Of a DNA stretch of 64,000 bases, positions 50,701 to 62,600 are shown in pieces. The notes beneath the pieces are model-generated. The model was not told the DNA's origin. It ran no database searches and saw only the letters and a program-made list of their open reading frames with translations. A program made the translations under genes and the position numbers. The stretch is from Selaginella moellendorffii (lineage: Eukaryota; Plantae; Lycopodiophyta): contig NW_003314312.1 of the NCBI RefSeq assembly GCF_000143415.4, positions 377,261-441,260 of the forward strand, read 5' to 3'. Within the stretch, counting starts at the first letter, position 1. Each line of letters begins with the position of its first letter.

Positions 50701-52619
50701 GTGGTCATAAAAAGCGAAAGCACGTTGGACAGTCGTCGGGATCAGAGGCGTTTGATTCGAAAAGGAAGAAGGGCAACGAAAAGATGATAGGTAATGCCTT
50801 GTGGTTATGGCGTGTGTGCTCATGCCATTCATTGCAGATCAAGGGCTGAGTGAAAGCAGCCAGTCACCACCTCCTAACTCAGATTCCTATGGCGGACTCC
50901 CCTTCCCCAATCTCAATGGAGAGGTACAATGGATAAGGGATGCTTTTCAAGTCAGGGCCATGTTTTTCTCATCTCGTCGTCTTCGAAGGGTGCAAGAACG
51001 TGCAGAAACCATGTTAAGACAGTCGGGTGAGGATACGGTCCTAGGTCACGCATTAAAACAGGCTATGGATGTCTTGTATTTTGAGATGGAGACTCGGCCA
51101 GATGATTTTCCCAAGATGGTCCTGGAAGAACAAGCCATCCAGCCTGAGCAGCCTATGGAAGAAATGCAGGAGGGGGATGAGGAGCCAGAGAAAGATAATG
51201 AGCAAGAAGAGCAGAAGGACGAAGAGGAGGACAAAGAAGAGGAGGACGAAGAGGACTTGGATGGTCCTCACAATGATGACGATCACAATAATGACGACGA
51301 CGATGATGACGACGATGGCCAGCCTGAGGTGGCCAAAGAGCAGCAGAGGAAGGTCATACAAGACAAACCATCAGGTAAATAATAGTACATCCATTCCTAA
51401 CCTTTTACCATTTCTAACATTGTCCATGTAGGTCGCAGAGGAAATGGTAAGTAGAGATTATTCAGTTGAATTAAGATACAAACTCTAGCCTTTAGTGTCG
51501 AGGAAGGATAGTGCCAAGCAAGGGTCGAAACGTATGTCCAATCCTTCAGAATCAGCAGTGCGCCCAAGTGATATCGGTCCTAGTTCCTCAATAGCAGTTG
51601 ATGGTAAATACAGTATAGTCGATTCAATGTGCTAATGAGTTTGTTTTTAGTAGCCAGTAGGGAGGATACCATCTCAATCGAAGGGAGATATTTGGACATG
51701 CATATGGATCCGCCAGTGGACTCTACTTGCCTGCAAGAGTCATCAGAGCTAGTGGAGGCTACTATCCATATCAACGCCAAGCAAGCTGACCACGCTCCAC
51801 TTGATGCTGCCCATACCACTGAGTCAATCTTGTCCACGTATCCAACTGACGGTGACCAGGCGCCATTGGACCCGCATGAGGCCGCCCCAGCCGCCGAGCC
51901 GGTCGTATCCTCATTTCCAACGGACTCAACGTGTGCCCAATCGTCTGACTACGTGCCGTTGGAACCTCCCTACACCGCCCCTGCTGCCTGTTCAGTCATG
52001 TCCACTTTGCCAACGGAGGCACCAGCTGAAATGGCGTGTGATCACACGCCATCGGAACCACCCCATGCCACTGTTGAGCCAGTTGTACCAGAGTCTACAG
52101 CTGAAATGGCATGTGCCCACACGCCATCGGATGCGATTGACCCCACATTGCAGAGGAGAGTATTTCCGCCCTTCAGGTTTTCTCAACCAAAACCCTCTCA
52201 ACGACCATCGGGAGCACCATTCGCTAATATTGTAGATGGTAAAATTGACTTGTACCATTTTTTATGCTGACGCATTTCATTTCAGAGTCACGGCGAAGGT
52301 ACTGTATCGTTTTTGATCTGAACGGTGTCCTTTTCTCCCATGAGCGTGGCTCGTCCTCGAATGTCACTGCACCCTCCAAAGCCTGAGGTCGCAAGTTGGT
52401 CAAAAGAGACAGATTCACATTAATCACACGGGAGAAACTGCGGGATCTAATAATGACCATGCGACACTTAAAACAGAGGGCCGGGTTCAATTTGCAATTG
52501 GGAGTTTGGACATCCATGATGCGCCACAATGCATTAATGTTGCTACAGATGATGCACGATCAGACGCGAGTAATATTACCATTTGACTTTCTTCTAACGC
52601 AGGAGGATTGCTTGACTAT
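47756..52619 (+). pseudogene. Transposon cargo gene: ParB/Srx-like domain, degenerate beta-class DNA-MTase-like region, acidic linker, N-half of FCP1/HAD-like domain
   Basis: NHRLVSDEWVEKLKQKM..FYAVSGQHSSLAM..ISHAQN; PEK..EMLSWVF..GKCVVEYNCGG..AALLKGVPCVAV; CIVFDLNGVL (~52300); GVWTSM..LTQEDC; stop at 49679, frameshift ~49800; introns e.g. 48956-49009, 50470-50525, 50791-50837. One gene versus two is unresolved. Confidence 0.6.
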
Positions 52620-53765
52620 TGTCGCGCATGTGACTTCGGGTATCGAAAGTTACCTGTCGGCTAGTCCTTACGGACACTCTTTCCTTACTGCCACGATGGC
52701 AGGAGGTCGGTATTGCTGGACCCTTTATCAGCCCCTCTTGTTCAAGTGTTAGTAAACTGGACTTTGCATCTGTACTTGGCCGGATGAGCATAAGGACGGA
52801 ATTCCTAAGTGTCTATTCAGCCAAGCATACTTGGCCTGGCTTTTTAGTTCTCTTTTGCTCTGTCTTGCACTGGCTTGACAAGAACCCTCGCGTATTGAGA
52901 TTGGTCCCTCAATATCGCTACATGATAGCTTACCGTGTCTGCCAAACACCCTCGCTATCATGCCCTTTGTGTTAGTCTCATTTCGGTCCCAAATGCTATT
53001 TATGGAAAGTGTCTAGATTCGCTCATTTGGCATATCTACGGAATGTAGAGGTCGGCCTGAACACAATGGTGTTCGTCCTGTGTCCAAATTCACATTCTAA
53101 GGACATTCCATATTTAGTAAGTTTTAAGCTTGTCCCAGAGACTAACTCCTGATACTAAGGGAGGCTTGGGGTGAAAGCCCAAAGCGTGTGTTCCTCAAGG
53201 GGGGGGGGCTATGGGGGGTTCCAAATGTATAGTAGGGATAGTGGGTAGGTCGGGCATGGCCGACCAACCTGAGGCATAGTCTAGCTCCCGCTTGCGTGCC
53301 TGTCCTTGTTCTGCGTCCGGCTTGGGTCTAAGCCCAAGTTCCATTCCATGCTAGTTGGTGGAGTACCCATATCCTCGCGTTAGGCCACCGGTATGCCGAA
53401 ATAGCGCCAGACTCCGTTTGGCTCCGTTTTGCGTGCTGGTCCTGGCATTGGGATGCTGGTTGCTCTAGGACTGTTCCAAGTCGCTCCGGGCCCCTGTCCC
53501 TTCGCTCCTTGGGCTATATGCTCGGGAGTTGCTCCGTGGTCCGGTTTCATCACTCCTTGGCGTCACGCTTGGGAGTTTGGCACCGTTCCTTCGTTCAGTG
53601 GCCCAAGGCCCTGAACCTCGGGTTCCTATGGACACGTGGCACGGACACGTGGTATGTGACACGTGGCATCTGTCACGTGGCACAAAGAGGGTTTAGGTTC
53701 CGCTTCGTGGTGTTATACTATGGTAAATCACCATAGGATAAAGGGTCAAAACCACGTGCGCTACA
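52620..53765 (+). mobile_element. Family-A solo LTR (1146 bp), TSD ACTAT, inserted in the HAD-like exon
   Basis: TGTCGCGCA..TGCGCTACA; ACTAT at 52615-52619 and 53766-53770. Confidence 0.93.
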
Positions 53766-53768
53766 ACT

Positions 53769-54299
53769 ATGGTCCATGTGAGGGGTAGCAAGCCCATCTT
53801 CGTCAAGCCAGAGGCTGTAGTGATGAACCGGACTGCTAGGTCAAGTGAAATCCTCATCATCGATGACTCGCCGATTAAAACTGCAGCGAACACGCACACA
53901 TATGCAGTGCACCCCATCTCTTGCAGTATGGAAACTAGGGAGAAGAAACCGTATGTTCTGGGGGACCTTGCAAAACGGCTTAGAGCGATGATGATAGAGA
54001 GCCGGCCAGTCCAGGAGGTGGCTGCAGAAATCAACCAAATGGCAGATGGAACGGTATATCAGAAGCCATTTGATCAGACAGACACCAGTCATCATTTATG
54101 GCATGTATATTGTCTAACCAAGCACTATCCGCATCTCCATAATCTGCTCAACCGGATGGGTTCTTCGACCACTGAACATGAGCGTGGACGTATTAGAGAA
54201 GAGATGGCATTACTATTGGGTTTAAATCCTGATAGTGTGGAGAGTGATGAAATTCCAAGATTATTGTATAGGCGTTGGAGGCAAAAAATAACAGTCTGA
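53769..54299 (+). pseudogene. C-terminal half of the FCP1/NIF-like HAD phosphatase domain of the cargo gene
   Basis: KPIFVKP..ILIIDDSPIK..N..AVHP; excising the LTR gives in-frame EDCLT-MVHVRGSKP. Confidence 0.75.
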
Positions 54300-54799
54300 G
54301 ATGGCATGTATTTATTTAAAAATGTAACTTATTATGGCATGGGGTTCCATGCCATTGTATTAATATTAAAAGACAATTCTTTGAGAGGATTTGCATTATA
54401 CTAGAAGTGTTACAGCATGTTATTGGAAGTCTACGAAGTTGTTTTATTAATAAGGGGAAAGTAAAGATTGAATGGGGACTTGGGCTCCACCTAGACTCGG
54501 AGCAACTGAGTCAATATTAAAAGGATGGAAAAAAATTGGACGACGATGACAAGGAGAAGAGAGAGGTGAAGCAGTGGCAGGGGGAGGAGAAGTGATTGAG
54601 TAGACATTTCCTTGTTTAAAATAAAATGGCATGTGCCTCAATGCAGTTGAATTTTGTTATATTTATATACTATATAAAGGTTTGGAAACCTTATTTTACA
54701 AGTGGGATAATGACAATTCCCACTTTAACGAAATAGAGCTTACTACCACATGGCACCCCTCCAGCTCCACTTTGGGGCCTAGGGATTTTGTGTCTCACA

Positions 54800-57050
54800 A
54801 TCCTGATCTGCCACCCGTATCTAATGATAACTGGACTAATCAAGTCATGTAAAATACTTAGCCTTTAAGAGTTGGTCAAACAAGTCATCAATGCGAGGGA
54901 AAAAATAACTATTTTTGACCGTGATTTTGTTGAGTGCCTGATAGTCGATACACATCCTCATGGTTCCATCCTTTTTCATAACAAAAAGGATTAGTGCTCC
55001 ATAAAGTGACTTTCTTGGTCGGATATGACCTTTGTCAAGAAGCTCCGTGAGTTGCTTCCTGAGTTCAGCCATCTCCTTGATGTTCAAACGATACGGAGTT
55101 TTCATAGGTGGTTTAGAACCCGGAATAACCTCAATCCGATGATCAACCTCACGGCTAGGAGGTAGCCCTGGTGGCAAATCCTTGGGGAAGATATCCTGAT
55201 TCCTCGCCAACAACTCCAATATCTTCTTTGGTACAGGATCAACCCCATCGCCGATTTGAATTGAGTCACCAACACTCTCAGCTTCCATCACTTCAACCCA
55301 AAAGGTCCGACATCCCTTCTTAGTTGCTTTTTGAGCGGCCCTCGCAGTCAAGAACTTAGCATCCCAATCCTTTGAGGAACGCTTTGGCAACTGAAAAGAC
55401 ACATCGGGACGTCCTTCTGACTTCAACATGATATGACTTTGTCCAGCACCATAAATCCTTTTTATATATTTGTTGAAGAAGTCCATACCAAAGACCATCT
55501 GAAAATCTGGTATCTTCAACATTACCAAGTCCACTCTTTCTTTCCACTTGGATATTTTTATTGGAACATCACTCATAAACTTTCTGGCTACTTGCCCACC
55601 TTCCGCAAACTGGAAGTGCATAGGTGACATTTGCTTAGCATTCAATCCTAACAACTTAACTAAGTCTTCAAATATCACGCTATGCGTAGCTCCTATGTCA
55701 ATCATCACTCGGATTTGGTGTCCGCGGACAAAGCCTACCAAAAACATCAATGGATCAGTGTTTGCATTAATTGCAAGAAAAGCTTGAGGAAAGCAATGAA
55801 AGTAACTCACCTCCTCTTCCTCATAGTCTGCATTGACCAACTCGTCAACCCCTTCAGCTTCACCACCACCGTCTTCCCTCATGACATTAACTTGAGACCT
55901 TGTCTTATGCTTGTTGGGACATTCCGAGGACTTATGTCCTGACTCTCCACAATGGAAGCAATGACCCACACTACCTGTTCCACTAGGAGCAAGTTTCGCA
56001 GGTTGTTGCTGCTTGTACCCACCAAGAGGAGGAATAGAGAGCCTAGGACCAGAAGAAGCTGCTGGTGGTCTCCAACCACCGCCACCTTTGTTAACTGTTG
56101 CTTGTAAGCCTCCAGGGCAAAATCTACCTTCCACTTTCTGTTTCCGGTCACCTTGTTTATTCCCAGAATTTTTATTCTTATTCGAGTTACCAGCATACGG
56201 TTGCTGATATTGTTCCATGAGTGAGTGACTAAAGGCAACTTACTGTGCTGCCTCCTTACACTCCAGGTACGTCTTCGGCTTAAACTTCAAAATCTCATTG
56301 CAAGAAAGTGAACTTAAACCCTCCAGAAAATAACTTCGAGCATCTTCGTCACTCATATTTGCAATCATTATGCGCTTTTGAGCAAACGTATTAACGTAAT
56401 GCATAAGGTCCCCTCGCTGCTTTAACCACCGCAGCTCCGCGCAAAGTCTCAGACCAAGTTCATCCAGCAAGTATTCCATACGGATACAAGACCGCATCTT
56501 GGTCCAACTTCTAGTCTGCCCTTTTTTAGCACACATCTGGCGCCACCAGGTTTTGGCATGATCGGTGAGAAAGGATTGCACGCACGCAACTTTCGTATGA
56601 TCATCTACGTCTGCCATTATGAAATAGTTTTCCATATTGTAGACCCAGTCTTCCAAAACCTGATAGTCTCACATGCCTCTGAAGTTGGGTGGTTTCGGAG
56701 GCTTGAACTTTGAAACTCGTGCAACGGGGGGCGGTTGCAAACTTCATCGTCCTCAGAACTTGAGGAGGAATCCAGTTGCTTAGGCTTAGCTGGTTTAGCC
56801 GCCTCAGCCTCTTTCTTCCTCTTCTTGTTCTCCTTCTTCAATTTGCAAATCTCCCTTTGCAAATTCTTGATCTCGACTTCCTGAGCCATACGCTGTAGTG
56901 CCGCAGCATCGGGCTCTTCCTCTTCTGACTCAGCCTTAGCCTCTTTTGCAGCATCTCTAGCAGGAGTTTCCTCCTCTCGATTCGCCCATCTAGAGGTTTC
57001 AGTGTCATCAGCACGGTTCCTTTTCACCATCCCGCTAGCTGCATGCATGC
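54800..57050 (-). pseudogene. Ty3/gypsy gag-pol remnant (capsid, zinc knuckle, protease, start of RT)
   Basis: AKTWW..LKQRGDL..Y..F; [14 protein letters not shown]; MIDIGATH; [12 protein letters not shown]; [17 protein letters not shown]; stops and frameshift; truncated by LTR-B at 54799. Confidence 0.9.
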
Positions 57051-57221
57051 CTCTATCAATAACTGAACATGCATACAAAATTATTACCAAATGGTGCAAT
57101 CCAACTAATCCTACACAGGTTGCTTCGGATCTACTAGAAAAGTCTCTGCGTATGCAAGTTGAGTTAGAAAATTTGACAAAAGTTGGATAGGAATCGCTAA
57201 GACAATTTCTCTGATACCAAA

Positions 57222-58008
57222 TGTAGCGCACCTAAATTTGGTGCTGAACTCCAAGCCCGTTATGTTACAAAACAAGGGTCTGGTACAATCCTATGAGCAC
57301 CAGCTCTCCGTATCCAACAGCTACACGCAAAATGGTGTCAGATGGAGTCTGGCACAATTTTAGCATACCGATGGTCTAACGCGAGGAGGAGGGTACCCCA
57401 CCGACTAGAGCAGCATGGAGCTTGAGCTTAGCTAGACGCAGAACAAGGAGCAACACAGCCCAGCAGGAGCCAAACTAATGTCTCAGGTGGTCGGACATGC
57501 AATCTAAACTTACTAAATATGGAATGGTGCTAGATTGTGAATTTGGACACGGGATGAACACTATTGTGTTCAAGCGAATCTCGACAGTACGTAGATATGC
57601 CAAATAAGCAAATCTAGACACTTTCCATAATTAACATTTGGGACTGAAATAAGACTAACACAAAGGGCATGATAGCAAGGGTGTTTGGCAGACACAGTAA
57701 GCTATCATTTAGTGAATATTGAGGGACTAGTCTCAATATCGTGGGGGTTCCTAACACTAGCAAGTGCAAGTCAACGAATAAATTTCTCTAACCAGGTCAA
57801 GTATGCTTGACAAATAGCATGTAGGAATTCCTTCCTTATGCTCAACTAATCAGGTGCACACGCGATGATCAGTTTCTCAACTAGGATGAGTGGAGACCAT
57901 AAAAGGGACCAACAGTACCAACCTCCTGCCATCGTAGCAGTAAGGAAAGAGTGTCCGTAAAGATTGGTCGACAAATATCTTTTGATACCCAAAGTCACAT
58001 TCGTGACA
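57222..58008 (-). mobile_element. Family-A-related 5' LTR of the gypsy element
   Basis: TGTAGCGCA..TTCGTGACA; tRNA-Met PBS (reverse complement) at ~57209-57219. Confidence 0.85.
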
Positions 58009-58054
58009 CCATTCACCTGTAAGGTTGTCTTTAAACATATATTCCAGAAGAAAA

Positions 58055-58300
58055 CTCCAAGACGAGATCAAAACAAAAGCAATCTCTTGGAGAAAACAAA
58101 AGCTCTACACGCTTAGATCTTAAAGGCTGGTCATGTCTTTGTGGGGAGCTCGCTAGTGGATCTGGGGAACTAGGTGGAAGTTTGTGCTAGTTTTTTCAGA
58201 GGAAAGGCTTGGTTCTCAAACTTTTGTGGCTGCATTAAAGGCTTGCAGCAAATGCATATAGTGCCAAAGAGAAGATCGTTTTGCTGGTATAGCATGGTTG
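58055..58300 (+). pseudogene. Degenerate fragment of the same PPR gene family as 20588-23707
   Basis: Decayed match to RRKPQD..LLEKTKALHA.ILKAGH..VFVGSSLVDL and FVAALKACS..AKEKIVLL. Confidence 0.7.
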
Positions 58301-58493
58301 ACGTTTTGCACATGGATTGGACAAGTTTGCCCCTCAACTTTTCTTCTATCTACTATGAGTCAACATGTTCACTCAAGCTTAAAGAGGCAAAAGATCAAGT
58401 GTTTGACACTAAAGTTGGGAACCACCTCTAATGCCTTGGGCTGTGTAAGGAGCACTTTTTTGTATTTCCGCATTATGATTTATGACAAGAGAG

Positions 58494-59637
58494 TGTCGCG
58501 AATGTGACTTCAAGTATCGAAAGTTACCTGTTGGCTAGTCCTTATGGACACTCTTTCCTTACTGCCACGATGGCAAGAGGTCGGTATTGCTGGACCCGTT
58601 ATTAGTCTCTGCCTAAGCTAGTTGAGAAACTGGTCATCACATGTGNNNNNNNNNNNNNNNNNNNNNNNNNNNNNNNNNNNNNNNNNNNNNNNNNNNNNNN
58701 NNNNNNNNNNNNNNNNNNNNNNNNNNNNNNNNNNNNNNNNNNNNNNNNNNNNNNNNNNNNNNNNNNNNNNNNNNNNNNNNNNNNNNNNNNNNNNNNNNNN
58801 NNNNNNNNNNNNNNNNNNNNNNNNNNNNNNNNNNNNNNNNNNNNNNNNNNNNNNNNNNNNNNNNNNNNNNNNNNNNNNNNNNNNNNNNNNNNNNNNNNNN
58901 NNNNNNNNNNNNNNNNNNNNNNNNNNNNNNNNNNNNNNNNNNNNNNNNNNNNNNNNNNNNNNNNNNNNNNNNNNNNNNNNNNNNNNNNNNNNNNNNNNNN
59001 NNNNNNNNNNNNNNNNNNNNNNNNNNNNNNNNNNNNNNNNNNNNNNNNNNNNNNNNNNNNNNNNNNNNNNNNNNNNGGGTTTCAAATGTATAGTAGGGAT
59101 AGTGGGTAGATCGGGCATGGCCGACCAACCTGAGGCATAGTCTAGCTCCTACTTGCGTGCTTGTCCTTGTTTTGCGTCCGGCTTGGGTCTAAGCCCACGT
59201 TAGGCCACCGGTATGCCGAAATAGCGCCAAACTCTGTTTGGCTCCGTTTTGCGTGCTAGTCCTGGCATTGGGATGCTAGTTACTCTAGGACTGTTCCAAG
59301 TCGCTCCGGGTTCCTGTCCCTTCGCTCCTTGGGCTTTATGCTCCAGAGTTGCTCCTTGGGCTTTATGCTCCAGAGTTGCTCCTTGGGCTTTATGCTCTAG
59401 AGTTGCTTCGTGGTTCGGTTCCATCACTCCTTGGCTCCACGCTTGGGAGTTTGGCACCATTCCTTCGTTCAATGGCCCAAGGCCCTGAACCTCGGGTTCT
59501 GCACCACTGTCCTATGGACACGTGGCATGTGACACGTGGCATTGACATGTGGCATAAAGAGGGTTTAGGTTCTGCTTCGTGGTGTGATCCTATGGTAAAC
59601 CACTATAGGATAAAGGGTAAAAATCACGTGCGCTACA
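58494..59637 (+). mobile_element. Family-A 5' LTR with assembly gap, followed by tRNA-Met PBS
   Basis: TGTCGCGAA..TGCGCTACA then TT-TGGTATCAGAG (59640-59650); 27-bp triplication at ~59324-59404. Confidence 0.88.
58646..59076. other. Assembly gap (N run)
   Basis: Run of N. Confidence 1.
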
Positions 59638-59649
59638 TTTGGTATCAGA

Positions 59650-62600
59650 GGATGAGTCTCAGCCAATGAGATTGGGCAACTAGTCTCGTTGCATACACAG
59701 AAATGAAAACAATGATCCGAGTGGGTACACGTTTGGGTGCAAAAGGCTTCGCAATCGTTCCTTAGGTATGAATTTGGTTACCTTTTTGTACCATAATAAT
59801 GTGAGCTTGCTCTTGGGCTCATAAGAGGGATTGAGTTGGCAAGATGGATTTGAGGTGTACCATTTTGCACGAGTTTGCGCTTGGGCTCGTGAGTGAGGCA
59901 CATTAGCAACTCGAGGTTACACTTTGAGTTCGCAGGATTAATGTTAGCCTATTGGTGGTTCCATAAGTTGTTCCTTGTACCGTGGGTGAAAGCAAACCTC
60001 CTTGGGTTTGCTGTGAGTGGCAAAAGGCTAGTCCGTAGCTGTTTAGCACGGCACTAGTGGATCCTTCCTAGGCATGATTATAAGTGAATCAATCAAGACT
60101 GTAGGGATGAGTCGATTGATTCAAGTACTCATTGCCGTGCTCTCCCATAAACTTTTCTTGGATTGGACTGAAGGCAGTGCGAAAGCAAGTTTGAGATTTA
60201 GTCAAAGATGAGACCGAAAAGAGAGTTGTCAGGGACGAAGGATCAAATACGTAAATCGTCTTTTCTTCTTGGAGAGATGATTTGCAACAAGGTGTGACTC
60301 ATTGCTCGTGTTCACATTATGCAATCAAGAGTTCCTACCTTGATGCATATTGGAAATGATAGTCTTACAAATGGTGAGTTATGGGATGGATAGCGGTGAA
60401 GCACTAAACCATTTTGTCTAGACTTGCTATTGGAAGACTCGGGTTACAATGCTCAATTCTTTTTCGAGGAACCTTGCTATTGCTCCTTGAGTAGCTTAGT
60501 GTTGGATTAGTGTTGAGTTTGGTCGGGTAAAGAGTGGCACGAGCTTGTCCATGTTGTGAACAAAAGTTAATGGTGTTCAGTGTTATAAATCTCTATCGGT
60601 GGAGTGTGGCATTTATGTTGCATTTTGTCGAGTCGAGTTAACACTTGATACTCATATAAACCTTTGAAGTAATGGCATGGGTGTTGCTCTTGGTGTTGCT
60701 CAATTAATGATCAAGTCATTGTGATACTTATATCATATCCATGTGATAATGAACAATGTGTTTACGAAGTTGCTTGGTTAAACGATGATCAACCCCAAAG
60801 TGGTTGATGGTGAAGCTAGTCTACTTGCACGTAGTAGCATTGTAGTAGCTTCGACTGGGTTCTCAATGGTGACTCATTATGCTAAGCTTGAGTTAGTTCC
60901 TTAGTTCCTTGAGTTTGCCTATAAGGTGTTGGAAAAATGGTTGTAGCATTCACTTACTATAGTTTATCAGTTGATCTGTTAGCACTTGGAGTAGATTGTT
61001 GGATAGAGAAAGTGTGTAGTTGAGGCATTGACATCGCTAACACTTGTGTTAGTGGAAGTGGCATTGTTATTTTGAGTGATGAGGAATTTTCCTTAGAGCT
61101 TGATTTTTCATGTCATTTTTCTTGTTAGTGTTTTGGCTTCACATTGGATCTTGAAGGTAATTGAAGAAAAGTGTTAGTGCAATGTGGATATCCGAAGTTG
61201 TGGTCTTCGTGATCAAGCCTTGGATGTTCATTTTTCATTTTGCGGATGTCAGTGTTGGATATTGGAAAAATGGGCAAAAGATGTTCGATACTTAAGCATA
61301 TTGATGGATCATGAGAATTTGTGTTAAGGTGAATCTATGTGAAGTAGTAGGTAGGAAGAAGTTGGTTGAGTCTTGAAAGTTTGTATTCCTGGACTGAGAG
61401 TTATTCTTTCTCTAGGATGGAAAACTTTTCACAAATTTTCTTAGACTTTTCCAATGGCTGATTTGTTGATCATTTTGCTCGAAAACCATTCCGTTTTCAT
61501 AAGCCAGTACAAACTAGTGGAAAGGTTGGAGTTGACTTCGGTTGGCTTAGACCTTAGTAAGTATTTTGTATGATGCGACCCGAAAGGGATGCTAACTTTT
61601 GAGGCTAAAGCAATTGAGTTGGATAGAGTCTAGAATTGGTGTAGAAAAGTGGCCGTTGCACTTTTCTAATAAGGGTGACCCTTGTGCTTTTCTTTTGTAG
61701 CGTTATGCTTGGTGGCAGGTTGCACCTTGCATTTCGTTAGACTCTATGAGAGTAGTGAACTCTCACTAATCTTGACTTAGTCTTGGTGGCCCTACGCTTT
61801 GGCTGAGGATAGTGATGTCCAACTTAGTTATTTGCAGTTAAGGTGTTGGTACCCATACTATAGCTTTGTCTAAGTGGAGGTTGTGTACCAATATGAATCT
61901 ATCTCATAGTCTTCACTTTAGTTTCAACTGGGTGTTGATCATGTATAGCTAGCCTCTTCAAGGCATGCTCAGAAGTACTAGCTAAATGCATTGGTGAGTT
62001 TATCACAGTTGAGTTGGATTCGAGTGGTCATTAAGAAGTCAAGACCAAAAGTTCCAAAGTGCAATGGCTAAAAGGTGAAAGCCCAAAGCGTTTGTCTCCC
62101 AGACCCTTAGGGGTTTGGTGAGCTCCAAAAGTATAGTAAGGGGGAGGACTCCAGTGGAGCTAGTTTGGCTAGGAAAGGCTAGTTTGGCCCAGGACGGCTA
62201 TACTTAGGTGTTGGGTGATGGGATAACCACTGGGAAGTCCAAGGCTAGAGTGAATACGGACCAACAAGTGAGGTAACTTGGTGAAGTATTCAAGAGCATC
62301 CTCTAGTTCCCCTAGAAGATCGAATGGTCGATGCTCCCAGTCCAAGTGTGGGTGGCACTACCTACTTGGATACCTGGTGTGGCTCAACAGAACCTCACTC
62401 TAAACCCATGGGTAGAGCACCAAAAGGCGGAAGATGGGGAGAGTACCCATGAGGCTTGCGTAAGGCCACGGTGTTCCGAAATGTTGTCCCACAGTCTCAA
62501 ACTATGAAAAAAAAGAGGAGCAATCCTCTAGTGCAGTGACCAAGGATATGGTCACATGGTGAGGAAGTCCCATAGGATAGTGGGACTTAGAAGTCGGGCC

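Larger units (their letters stand above)
43035..54741. mobile_element. 11.7-kb TIR DNA transposon (Sola-like), 4-bp TSD ACTA
   Basis: Left TIR AAGCTCTATTTTGTTAAAGTGGGA; right end (reverse complement) AAGCTCTATTTCGTTAAAGTGGGA, 23/24 match; ACTA at 43031-43034 and 54742-54745; removal restores the LTR-B sequence seen near 32960. Confidence 0.9.
41562..54799 (-). mobile_element. Family-B 5' LTR, split by the DNA transposon at 43035-54741
   Basis: TGTAAGCGAC at 41562 to GTGTCTCACA at 54799; 41562-43034 plus 54746-54799 is the reverse complement of 32909-34727; PBS adjacent. Confidence 0.88.

Noticed and set aside
52615-54745. Similar TSDs (ACTAT for the solo LTR, ACTA for the DNA transposon) as shared targeting
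   Set aside because: Different integrase systems and very short words; likely coincidence.
58618-59140. Poly-X ORFs
   Set aside because: Assembly gap.
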